Under the pieces are notes generated by a model. It was not told the origin of the DNA. It saw only the letters and a program-made list of their open reading frames with translations, and ran no database searches. A stretch of DNA of 64,000 nucleotides, taken from contig CBDASZ010000001.1 in assembly GCA_965199755.1 (NCBI GenBank), forward strand, positions 864,001 to 928,000, in the 5' to 3' direction. This document shows positions 30,188-44,457 of the stretch, piece by piece (positions within the stretch are counted from its first letter, which is position 1; each line of letters begins with the position of its first letter). The stretch is from an uncultured candidatus Porisulfidus sp. (lineage in GTDB: Bacteria; Pseudomonadota; Gammaproteobacteria; Poriferisulfidales; Poriferisulfidaceae). Position numbers and translations under genes: made by a program.

Positions 30188-30224
30188 TTCTTACACTCGG
30201 CGGCTACTTGCGAGGCCCGCACAC

Positions 30225-30554
30225 CTAGTCACTCTTTGCAAGAGACCCTTTTGGCAAAATGTCACTGATCGCCGCTTTGCGAATGCGTATCTCCACGCCC
30301 TCCGCTATTGTCAGACGCACCGAACTCTCCCCCACGTGTGTCACCTTGCCCAGCATCCCGCCATTGGTGGCGATCTCATCGCCTTTCTCCAGCGAATTGA
30401 TCAGCGACTGGTGCTCCTTGGTTCTCTTGTTTTGCGGGCGAATAATCATGAAATACATGATCAGGAAGAAAATCCCGATCATAATGAACATGGATGTCCC
30501 GCTCATGGCCCCACCCGCAGCGTCTTGAGCCAGAGCGTCACTGATAAAAATCAC
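30225..30554 (-). CDS. yajC: Preprotein translocase subunit YajC
   Basis: YFMIIRPQNKR..EH and L.KGDE.ATNGG. Confidence 0.96.
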   Translation of the reverse strand: MIFISDALAQDAAGGAMSGTSMFIMIGIFFLIMYFMIIRPQNKRTKEHQSLINSLEKGDEIATNGGMLGKVTHVGESSVRLTIAEGVEIRIRKAAISDILPKGSLAKSD

Positions 30555-30655
30555 AACTAGAAATTACGGGAAATCGGACGGGCGCATTATGCCATAGACG
30601 GCAATACGGCAGGTGCGCTAATATGCCTGCCGTGTCCTCAAAGCTCACTCGCACA

Positions 30656-35675
<5,020 letters not shown>

Positions 35676-35679
<4 letters not shown>

Positions 35680-35873
35680 GCCAGCCACCGGCTCACATAC
35701 AGCAGTATCACTCCAATAGTAACCGCGATCAATCCCATCACTCGAAATTGAAGGTCCGGTAGTTCCATCATGCGTTGCATCCAGCGTCGGGCTTGGGTGG
35801 GCGCGACCAGAGCGATCAGCCCTTCCAACATCAGAATCAGGGCCACGACGGCCAGAAGGAATTCCCACTGCAT
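35676..35873 (-). CDS. DUF2065 family small membrane protein
   Basis: A.AL.L.LEGL....P..W.....LR.MG; conserved hflC-hisZ position. Confidence 0.88.
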
Positions 35874-35888
35874 GGCGGGAGACGGTGC

Positions 35889-36755
35889 CTATTGACCGAT
35901 GTCCAGTTGATTGAAGTACTTGAAGAAGTCCGAATCCGGCTCAACCACCAGAACGTCGCCCTTGTCGCGGAAGGTCTGGACGTAGGCATTCAGACTGCGC
36001 GTGAACGCAAAAAATTCCGGATCGGCATTGTAGGCGTTGGCGTAAATTTCCGTCGCCTGCGCGTCTCCCTCACCACGAATCTTCTCGGCGTCACGATAGG
36101 CCTCTGCCTGAATCACCGTGCGTTGGCGATCCGCATCTGCGCGAATCTTCTCGGCTATCTCCTGTCCGCGTGCGCGGAAGTCCTTGGCTGTGCGGCTGCG
36201 CTCTGCGCGCATCCGACGATACACCGATTCACTGACTTCATCCGGCAACTCAATTCGACTGATCCGTACATCCACCACCCGAATACCCAACTCCTGAGCA
36301 TTCTTGTTCGACTGCACCTGCAGCACATCCATGATCTCGCGACGTTCGCCGGAGATGGCCTGCTGGATGGTGCGCACACCAAACTGGTTCTTCAGACCGT
36401 CCTTGACGATCTGCGTCAAGCGCCCTTCAGCGCGGGTACGATCTCCTTGTGTGGCGCGGAAATACTGATTGACATTTTCAATCCGCCACTTCACAAAGAA
36501 GTCCACCGATACGTTTTTCTTCTCGCTGGTGAGGAACAACTCTGGCTTGGAATCCAATGACAGTACGCGCACATCAAACTTCTGTACATTGTTGACAAAA
36601 GGCATCTGGAAATGCAGCCCCGGCTGCAAGTCAGTACGCTTGATCTCACCCAACTGGAACACAATGGCCGTTTCTGTCTGCTGCACGTAGAAGGTTGAGG
36701 CCCAAATCAGAATGGCCGCCAAAGCCAATACGATCCAGCGCAATGGCATACCCAT
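35889..36755 (-). CDS. hflC: FtsH modulator HflC
   Basis: PGLHF.MPF, FLTSEKK...VD, RMRAER and DPEFFAFTRSL.AY. Start trimmed to 36755. Confidence 0.96.
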   Translation of the reverse strand: MGMPLRWIVLALAAILIWASTFYVQQTETAIVFQLGEIKRTDLQPGLHFQMPFVNNVQKFDVRVLSLDSKPELFLTSEKKNVSVDFFVKWRIENVNQYFRATQGDRTRAEGRLTQIVKDGLKNQFGVRTIQQAISGERREIMDVLQVQSNKNAQELGIRVVDVRISRIELPDEVSESVYRRMRAERSRTAKDFRARGQEIAEKIRADADRQRTVIQAEAYRDAEKIRGEGDAQATEIYANAYNADPEFFAFTRSLNAYVQTFRDKGDVLVVEPDSDFFKYFNQLDIGQ

Positions 36756-36756
36756 C

Positions 36757-37884
36757 TCAGCGACCCTCCCGCAGACCAGTGCCACCGCCACGCTGTGACG
36801 ATGACGGCTCATCGCTGCGCCCAGACATGGAGGGTGAACCACCAGAAAAATTGCGATCCAGAATGCGATCAAGCGGCAGGAACAGCATATTGCTGCCTTC
36901 CGATACATCCACCACCACTTTGGAACTGTTCGACAGCACCGACTCGACCGCCTGCAGATACATACGCTTGCGCGTAACTTCCGGTGCCTTGCTGTATTCA
37001 GTCAGCAGCTGACTGAAGCGCGACGCTTCACCCTCGGCATTTGCGATCACCTGTTCGCGATACGCCTTGGCGTCTTCCAGCATGCGCGCTGCTTCACCGC
37101 GTGCACGCGGCAGAATTTCATTAGCGTACGCCTGCGCTTCGTTCTTGAAACGCTCCATGTCCTCACGTGCCTTGGTAGCGTCCTGGAAGGCATCCTGTAC
37201 CGCATTCGGCGGCTGCGAATCTTCCAGGTTGATGGTCAAAATCTCAATGCCGGTGCCGTAGCCATCCAGAATCTCCTGCATCAGGATCATGGTCTGGCTG
37301 GCGATTTCCGCGCGGCCTTCGCGCAAAATGAAGTCCATGTTGTTGCGCCCGACTGAAGTACGGATGGCCGAGTCCAGTACACCGCAAATAGTGCTTTTGA
37401 AACGACAGTTGCGATCAAAATCAATGTCCGGGTCTTCCACGTTGAACAGATAATCCTCAACATTCTTGAGGCGGTACTGCACCGAGAACTTCAACTCCAC
37501 AATGTTCTCGTCCTGAGTCAGCATGGTGGTGCGCTTCTCAACACTGCGGTTGCCCGTCACGTTGACGACCTTTACCGACTCGATCGGATAAGGAATGTGC
37601 CAGCCGGGTCCCGGCATGGTGGTGCGCTCATGCTTGCCGAAGCGCATGACGACGCCGCGCTCACTGGCTTCCACAATGTAGAAACCCGACAGCAACCACA
37701 GAATGATCAGGGTGACGACGATCACGCCGCTGCCAAGTGAAAACTTGCTGCCGCCGCCTTTGCCCTTGCCTTTGCCGCCAGAACCGCCCAGCCACTGCAT
37801 CAGCCGCCGAAGTAGCGCATCCAGATCAGGGGGGCCTTGGCGATTATCCTGCCAGGGATTGCCGCCGTTTTCTTTCCAAGCCAT
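36757..37884 (-). CDS. hflK: FtsH modulator HflK
   Basis: MAW....NPW...GPPDLD, MLTQDENIV, PPNAVQDAF and APEVTRKRMYL. Confidence 0.96.
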   Translation of the reverse strand: MAWKENGGNPWQDNRQGPPDLDALLRRLMQWLGGSGGKGKGKGGGSKFSLGSGVIVVTLIILWLLSGFYIVEASERGVVMRFGKHERTTMPGPGWHIPYPIESVKVVNVTGNRSVEKRTTMLTQDENIVELKFSVQYRLKNVEDYLFNVEDPDIDFDRNCRFKSTICGVLDSAIRTSVGRNNMDFILREGRAEIASQTMILMQEILDGYGTGIEILTINLEDSQPPNAVQDAFQDATKAREDMERFKNEAQAYANEILPRARGEAARMLEDAKAYREQVIANAEGEASRFSQLLTEYSKAPEVTRKRMYLQAVESVLSNSSKVVVDVSEGSNMLFLPLDRILDRNFSGGSPSMSGRSDEPSSSQRGGGTGLREGR

Positions 37885-37891
37885 GATGAAT

Positions 37892-39229
37892 TCAGAAATC
37901 CGCGCCCATTCTAGCAAATGCCGCCGATGCAGCCGTTTTCTCCGGCACGAATTTCTGCCCTTGAGACGGGCGCAAAATCCTGAATTGCGCGTACTTCCCC
38001 CAACGCGACTGCGGCAACCACAAACGCATCTCGCATTCGCCGCTTTCAGTGAACCATTCGGCCTCTACTTGCCCTACTCGATGCAGCTCGGCGCGCAACG
38101 GATACGCTTGCAGCGGCAAGCGCAAATACAGGCGCGAAGATTGCGCCTGCGCGCATTGCGCAATACGCGCACACAAGGCATCCACGCCAGCCCCGGTCTG
38201 CGCTGAAATCCACACTCGGCCTGCCGCTTTATCCCCACACGGTTCAGCATCTTCGGGGAGCCGATCTTTTTTGTTGTACACCTCAAGCACCGGGACGTGT
38301 GCCGCGCCAATCTGCTCCAGAGTCTCATGCACCCTTGCCATGCGCTGCTCGTACTCCGGGTCGCTGCGATCAATCACATGCAGCAACAAGTCGCAGTCGC
38401 GGATTTCTTCCAGGGTGGAGTGAAAGGCGCGCACCAGTTCCACTGGCAAGCCTTGGATAAACCCGACCGTGTCCGAAAGAATCGTGTCCGGGCCGCGTGC
38501 AAGCGGCAGATGTCGATGCGTCGGGTCCAGCGTCGCGAACAACTTGTCTTGCGCCGCCACCTCACTGTCAGTCAGACGATTGAACAGAGTTGATTTGCCG
38601 GCATTGGTGTAGCCGACCAGTGTCACATGAAACCACTCTTCGCGCCGGCGGCGCACGCGGGACTGACGGCGCTGACTGTCCACCTGAGTCAACCTGCGGC
38701 GTAGATTTTGCAGCCGCCGTGTCAGAAGTCGCCGATCCAATTCCAGCTGCGTCTCACCCGGACCACGCAATCCAATACCGCCCTTCTGGCGTTCCAGATG
38801 GCTCCAGCCGCGTACCAGCCGAGTCGAGAGATACGTCAACTGCGCAAGTTCTACCTGCAGCTTGCCTTCATGCGAACGGGCGCGCTGCGCGAAGATGTCC
38901 AGTATCAGTCCGGTGCGCCCCAGCACCCGACAGTGCAGCCGTTCTTCAAGGTTGCGTTCCTGAGAAGGACTCAAATCAACATTGAGCACCAGTAACTGCA
39001 CACCATGCTCCGCGCAACTGTCGCGCAATTTCTCGGCTTGCCCGCGCCCGAAGTAAAAGCGCGGATGTGGAACACGACGTCGCAGTTGGAATTGCGCCTG
39101 CGGCTGCAGCCTGGCGCTGTGCGCCAGTTCCGTAAATTCTTCAAGGTCGGCCCGCAGATCACGGGAAAACGGCGCGGTGTCCACATACACCAAGACGCAG
39201 CGCGCATCGAATGCGGTGCGTTCAAACAA
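37892..39229 (-). CDS. hflX: Ribosome-splitting GTPase HflX
   Basis: LILDIFAQRA..HEGKLQVELAQL, RGPGETQLE, GYTNAGKST, DTVGFI and NK.D. Confidence 0.97.
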   Translation of the reverse strand: MFERTAFDARCVLVYVDTAPFSRDLRADLEEFTELAHSARLQPQAQFQLRRRVPHPRFYFGRGQAEKLRDSCAEHGVQLLVLNVDLSPSQERNLEERLHCRVLGRTGLILDIFAQRARSHEGKLQVELAQLTYLSTRLVRGWSHLERQKGGIGLRGPGETQLELDRRLLTRRLQNLRRRLTQVDSQRRQSRVRRRREEWFHVTLVGYTNAGKSTLFNRLTDSEVAAQDKLFATLDPTHRHLPLARGPDTILSDTVGFIQGLPVELVRAFHSTLEEIRDCDLLLHVIDRSDPEYEQRMARVHETLEQIGAAHVPVLEVYNKKDRLPEDAEPCGDKAAGRVWISAQTGAGVDALCARIAQCAQAQSSRLYLRLPLQAYPLRAELHRVGQVEAEWFTESGECEMRLWLPQSRWGKYAQFRILRPSQGQKFVPEKTAASAAFARMGADF

Positions 39230-39300
39230 TGGGGGTATCCGCCATTCTTGGGTTCAGCCAGCCTCTGAAGATGAATCAGAAAATACGCACATCAAAGTCT

Positions 39301-40242
39301 TCACTCCGGCCACCATTGGGCCACCGCTGCAATCGCAGCCTCCGTTTGCATTCCGTCTGTCGGGCAGTGTAACACGTCCGGCGCATGCCGCAGCCAGCTC
39401 AGTTGCCGCTTGGCTAACTGGCGCGTCGCCGCCACGGCGGCCTCACGCATCTGCATATGATCGCAATCCCCATCCAGGTGCTGCCAGACCTGGCGATAAC
39501 CCACACAACGCATCGACGTATGCTCCAGCGTCAAGTCGCCTCGGGACCGCAACTCGTGCACTTCATTCATCAACCCGTCGTCCAGCATCTGATCGAAACG
39601 CTGCGCGATGCGCTCATACAAATGCGCACGATTCTCTGGCCACAACGCTAGTTGGCGGTAGTGCACAGTGTCTGACGCACGTATCGGGTGCGCGCGAATC
39701 CAAGAACTCAGACTGCGCCCGCTCGACTCGTAGACTTCCAGCGCGCGCAGTATGCGCTGACGATCCCTCGGCGCAAGCCGCCGTGCGGTTTGCGGATCGC
39801 AATGGCGCAAGCGCTCATGCAGTGCCTGCGGACCGGACTCACGCAATTCCCGGCGCAAACGTTCCCGGATCTCTGTGCGAATCTCTGGAAGTTTGGATAG
39901 CCCTTGTAGCAATGACAGAAAATACAGCCGTGCGCCGCCCACCAGCAGCGGGATGCGTCCTGCCACATGAATCTGCTCGATATGCGCAGTGGCGTCGCGC
40001 GCGAACTCATACGCGGAATAAGATCGCGCAGGATCCAGAATATCAATCATCCGATGCGGAGCTTGCGCCAGAATCTCGGCAGACGGTTTGGCGCTCCCGA
40101 TGTCCATGCTCCGATAGATCATGGCTGAATCAACGCTGATGATCTCAAACGGCCAGCGCCGCACCAGCTCCAGCGCGCAGTCGGTCTTGCCGATCGCTGT
40201 CGGCCCCATTAATGCCAAAGCATGAATGCGCGGCTTGGTCAC
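39301..40242 (-). CDS. miaA: tRNA dimethylallyltransferase
   Basis: GPTAIGKT, ISVDS...Y..MDIGSAKP, VGYRQ and TRQLAKRQ. GTG start overlaps the mutL stop. Confidence 0.97.
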   Translation of the reverse strand: MTKPRIHALALMGPTAIGKTDCALELVRRWPFEIISVDSAMIYRSMDIGSAKPSAEILAQAPHRMIDILDPARSYSAYEFARDATAHIEQIHVAGRIPLLVGGARLYFLSLLQGLSKLPEIRTEIRERLRRELRESGPQALHERLRHCDPQTARRLAPRDRQRILRALEVYESSGRSLSSWIRAHPIRASDTVHYRQLALWPENRAHLYERIAQRFDQMLDDGLMNEVHELRSRGDLTLEHTSMRCVGYRQVWQHLDGDCDHMQMREAAVAATRQLAKRQLSWLRHAPDVLHCPTDGMQTEAAIAAVAQWWPE

Positions 40243-41975
40243 TGGCCGCGCAGGAACAGTTTGTCCAGTTGATCGATGCTGAGTTGCACCCAGGTGGGAC
40301 GCCCGTGATTGCATTGCCCTGAGCGCTCGGTCTCTTCCATATCTCGCAACAAAGCGTCCATTTCTTCCAGCGACAATTGCCGCCCAGCGCGCACCGCGCC
40401 ATGACAGGCCATTGATGACAGCAGTTCATTCTCCATTTCCTGCACCCGCTCGCTGCGTCCATGCTCAACCAGGTCCGCCATCACATCCCGCACCAGCGCC
40501 ACCGGATCCGCGCGCGACAGCATGGACGGAATTGCCCGAATCAACGCCTGCGTGGGCCCGGAAGGGTCCAGTTCAATGCCAAGCCCAAGCAAAGTTTCCT
40601 GATGCTCGGTGACGCACGTCATTTCCGCTTCACTCAAATTCAGAGTCTGCGGCACTAGCAAAGGCTGGCGTTGAACCTCTTGTCCCTCACGGGCAGTCTT
40701 GAGACGCTCGTAAGTGATGCGCTCATGCGCTGCGTGCATATCCACCAGAATCAATCCTTGCTCGTTCTCCGCCAGAATGTAAATGCTGTGCAACTGCGCG
40801 CGCGCAAATCCCAAAGGTGGACACTGCCCATCCTTTCGCGATTCAGGTCTGGGCTGGATCTCCGCACGCAACAATGATGATGCGGCTTCCTGTCTCGCCC
40901 GCAGCGACAACGGCTCCTGCTCAGCTGACGGGTTCTCGTTAATCAGTGTGCGGAAATGATCCACATCGTGGCCAGCATCTTGCGGGCGCACCGCACCAAT
41001 CGCGCTGGCAATACCTCGAGTGAGTAACGGGTGAATGCGACCAGATTCGCGGAATCGCACCTCCATTTTGGTCGGATGCACGTTGACATCCACCACGCCG
41101 CCCGGCAATTCCAGATACAACACATAGCAAGGATGGCGCTGGCCGAACAGTACGTCCGAATACGCCTGACGAATGGCATGCGAGATCATTTTGTCACGCA
41201 CAAAGCGCCCATTCACGTACAAGTATTGCTGATCCGGCTGACTGCGCGAATAGGTCGGCAACCCCAGCCAGCCATACAGGCGCATATCCCCGTCAACTTC
41301 CTCAACGAAAACCGACTGCTCTGCAAAATCCGCGCCCAGCACTGCTTCCAGCCGCGCTGCTTCCGTCACGCCGTCGCGCACCGCGGGGTATGACAACTGC
41401 ATCTTCCCGCCATGACTCACCTCGAAACCCACGGCGAGATTGCCGAGTGCGAGACGTCGCACTGCGGTTGCGATATGCTTCCATTCCGTACTTGGCGCAC
41501 GCAGGAACTTGCGCCGCGCCGGCGTGTTGTAAAACAGATCATGTATCTCCACCGTTGTGCCCGGCGGATGTGCCTGCGCTACCGGAGCATCAGGCTCTTC
41601 TGGCACCAACCACCAGCCATGCTCTTCGCCGGCTGTGGTGGAGATTAATTTCAGGCGCGAGACCGATGCGATACTCGGCAACGCCTCTCCTCTAAAACCC
41701 AGAGTATCGAGTTTCCACAGATCATCCGCGGCGCTCAGTTTTGAGGTTGCGTGACGTGACAGCGCCAGCACCAATTCATTCTTTGGAATACCGCAGCCGT
41801 CATCCGCGACTAGCAACCGGCGAATACCGCCCTCTTCTACCTGAATTCGAATGTTGCGAGCGCCGGCATCCAGACTGTTTTCTACAAGTTCCTTGACTAC
41901 CGCGGCCGGGCGTTCAATGACCTCGCCTGCGGTGATTTGATTGACGAGGCTGGCTTCAAGTTTTCGGATGGGCAT
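40239..41975 (-). CDS. mutL: DNA mismatch repair protein MutL
   Basis: GEVIERP..VVKEL.ENSLDAG, GFRGEAL, DVNVHP.K, endonuclease motif DMHAAHER and CNHGRP. Confidence 0.98.
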   Translation of the reverse strand: MPIRKLEASLVNQITAGEVIERPAAVVKELVENSLDAGARNIRIQVEEGGIRRLLVADDGCGIPKNELVLALSRHATSKLSAADDLWKLDTLGFRGEALPSIASVSRLKLISTTAGEEHGWWLVPEEPDAPVAQAHPPGTTVEIHDLFYNTPARRKFLRAPSTEWKHIATAVRRLALGNLAVGFEVSHGGKMQLSYPAVRDGVTEAARLEAVLGADFAEQSVFVEEVDGDMRLYGWLGLPTYSRSQPDQQYLYVNGRFVRDKMISHAIRQAYSDVLFGQRHPCYVLYLELPGGVVDVNVHPTKMEVRFRESGRIHPLLTRGIASAIGAVRPQDAGHDVDHFRTLINENPSAEQEPLSLRARQEAASSLLRAEIQPRPESRKDGQCPPLGFARAQLHSIYILAENEQGLILVDMHAAHERITYERLKTAREGQEVQRQPLLVPQTLNLSEAEMTCVTEHQETLLGLGIELDPSGPTQALIRAIPSMLSRADPVALVRDVMADLVEHGRSERVQEMENELLSSMACHGAVRAGRQLSLEEMDALLRDMEETERSGQCNHGRPTWVQLSIDQLDKLFLRGQ

Positions 41976-42337
41976 ACTTGAACTGTACCGCTAGTAACGT
42001 GGCTGGAGCATTGCCTTGACTATTTCCCCTCTGTGCAGATTCTGATTAAGTTAGTTATTTCTGCGAATCCCGAACTTGCTTTAATTCCTCCAACGCTTCC
42101 TTAACAAAAGAATCATCACAGAATATTTGAATGTCTCGCAAGCGTACTATACGGAACAATCACGGCCAGCTGTGAGGTTGCTTGAATTTTTTGTGTCATC
42201 GGAATGAACCCCACTTCTGATTCAATTATTGCACATAATAATATGAGGTGCGTAAGGCCAGCCTCCTCGCACTCCAGACATTAGAAATCACAACTGAATG
42301 CCAACAAACCTCCCTTGGCATTTGGGGATTAGTATTT

Positions 42338-43191
42338 TTAGCAGGATGCAACTAAAGCTGCCATTTCCCGCACCCCAATGACTTCGATCCCATCGCCCTT
42401 TGAGTAACGTTTGGAGCCGGGGTAGACCAAAAAAGACCGATGCGCTTTGATATCTTCACGCGCACGGTAAAAGCCTTTGTCTACTTTCGGTATTGAACTA
42501 CGCTTGATTTCAATCGCCCAGAGTTCTCCATTTGGCATTTCCAAGGTCAGGTCTATCTCCAAACCACCATTTGAGCGATAGTAACTTGCCCTAACTCGGT
42601 TGCTCATACAGTTCAAAAGGTTCTCGATCACAAAACTCTCCCAACTGGCACCGACGATCGGGTGAGTCCGCAAAATCTCCATGTTATCTACTTTCAGCAT
42701 CATCTTCAGCAAGGAAACTATCGGGGAATCCACCGCGAACCCAAAGCCTCTCAATGTCAGTGGCATCAATTTCTGTCACATCAATAGGATTGAGGTCTAC
42801 ATATGAAATACGCCCTAGAAGAGATTCAGACTGTCGCAGAAACTCACCGGTGGCAGAGCCCAGAAGCAGAAACGGCCTGAACGAATGCCGCGCTCACGCC
42901 CATCATCAATCAATCCGCGAAGTTCCCGAAACAATCCTGGCATTTGCGGTACCTCATCTAAAATGACCAACCGGTCTTCGTGTTCCGCCAGATAGCTCGC
43001 AGGATCCGATAGCAACGCACGATCCTCGGTACGTTCAAGATCAAGATAAATAGGATCCCGTCTGTTTTTCTCCTGCTCTTTAATCTGTTTTGCGAGAGTC
43101 GTTTTGCCTACTTGTCTCGGACCAAACAAGGCGACCGCCGGAGACGCACCCAGCCGTTTCTGAACTTCCCGAAGTTTTTTCGCTCAATCAT
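42338..43191 (-). pseudogene. Decayed AAA+ ATPase/DUF4143 family gene
   Basis: Reconstructs as MIERK/LREVQKRLGASPAVALFGPRQVGKTT...ILDEV...GRF/LLLGSA...LWVRGGFP...ESR*, then jumps to GASWESFVIE...EIDL...AIEIK. Two frameshifts, a stop and an internal deletion. Confidence 0.85.
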
Positions 43192-43348
43192 CTTTACTAT
43201 AATAACATCATAATGCCAGATTTTCATTTTTAGTCGATAAGTCAAATTAAAACAAGTGCTTGTTAGCCTGACATTATTTCTGCTGGCGCTTTTTACAGAA
43301 TTTCCGAAAAGGAGGACTAAGATCCACAGAAAATATAAAATCAATGAA

Positions 43349-43777
43349 TTACGTGTTATTCCTCACAAATACCTGATCATCATCACGAAACGCCTTCAGT
43401 TCCAGCAAGTTGCCTGCTGGATCCCGGATAAAGGCTGTGCCCTGCTCACCCGCCTGCCCCTCAAAACGAATGCACGGCTCCAACACGAAACTCATCTGAT
43501 ATTCTTTCAGGCGCAGAATTAGCCGCTGCCAGCATGGCCACTCAAGAACCAAACCGAAATGCGGCACAGAAATGTCCTCACCATCCACCGGGTTGCTACT
43601 CTCGGCACGCTCCGCATCTGACAAATGCACCGTGAGTTGGTGCTCCATGAAGTCAAAATCAACCCAGCGCTCACTGCTGCGGCCAACGCGGCATTGCAGA
43701 ATTCCCGAATAAAACGCCGTCGCCGCAGTCAGATCATCCACCGGAATAGCCAGGTGAAACCGGGGCCGTGCGTCCAT
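43349..43777 (-). CDS. VOC/glyoxalase-family protein
   Basis: FHLAIPV.DL, WVDFDF..HQL, VPHFG and DPAGN.LE.KAF. Start overlaps the tsaB stop. Confidence 0.9.
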   Translation of the reverse strand: MDARPRFHLAIPVDDLTAATAFYSGILQCRVGRSSERWVDFDFMEHQLTVHLSDAERAESSNPVDGEDISVPHFGLVLEWPCWQRLILRLKEYQMSFVLEPCIRFEGQAGEQGTAFIRDPAGNLLELKAFRDDDQVFVRNNT

Positions 43778-44457
43778 TATGATCGCACCGGATGCCGCAA
43801 ATACGTCGGCTCCGCCTCCTCTATAGAAACCCCCTCTCCTTCCGAATACGTGCGCAGTGCCAATTCCAGTACCGCTTGCGCCTGCGGGCGCGCAGCAGCA
43901 TCAGAAGCCTGCACCCGTGCATCTAGCGCTGCTGCCAATTCAGGTATCTCCCAGGCACTGCCCCCTCCAGTCCAGCCTCCCGATAGTTCTTCCAGCAGCA
44001 CCGGCAATTCTTCCGCATCGGTTATCGATTCAGGGCGTAATACTTGCAAGGTATCGTCTTCCACTGTGTAGGCTCCCCAATAGACTTGTTGCAATCGCGC
44101 ATCCATAGCCACCAGTACTTGTCCTTCATGTCGGCTTCCCAGATCCCAGGCTAGCGCCGACAACGAGGAAATCGGCCATAGCAGTGCTCCGTTTGCAATG
44201 GCCATGCCATGCGCGATTGAAGCCGCGACGCGCACTCCGGTGAATGTACCCGGCCCGCGTCCGAAGGCAAGTGCCGTAAGTTCCTCAGGCATTCTCCCAG
44301 ACTCCTCGAGCAAGGCGTCAATCTGCTCCATGATAACTTGTGTGTGTTCGCGCGGTGCCAGCGCACTGCGTGTGTGAAGTTCCCTGGCGTCGTACAGGGC
44401 TGTCGAGCACCATTCGGTCGAAGTCTCAAGCGCTAGCACCAGTGGCGACGAACTCAT
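43777..44457 (-). CDS. tsaB: tRNA threonylcarbamoyladenosine biosynthesis protein TsaB
   Basis: LALETST..CS, GRGPGTFTGVR, DAR.QQVY and P.YLR. Confidence 0.95.
   Translation of the reverse strand: MSSSPLVLALETSTEWCSTALYDARELHTRSALAPREHTQVIMEQIDALLEESGRMPEELTALAFGRGPGTFTGVRVAASIAHGMAIANGALLWPISSLSALAWDLGSRHEGQVLVAMDARLQQVYWGAYTVEDDTLQVLRPESITDAEELPVLLEELSGGWTGGGSAWEIPELAAALDARVQASDAAARPQAQAVLELALRTYSEGEGVSIEEAEPTYLRHPVRS

Noticed and set aside
39177-40139. 320-aa + strand ORF, and similar long antisense ORFs such as 3165..3953, 35775..36560 and 28874..29542
   Set aside because: They lie antisense to well-conserved genes and have no recognisable motifs; these are shadow ORFs typical of GC-rich coding DNA.
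43175-43180. Phase variation or programmed slippage at the A6 tract of the ATPase gene
   Set aside because: A second frameshift, a stop and an internal deletion mean slippage could not restore the protein.
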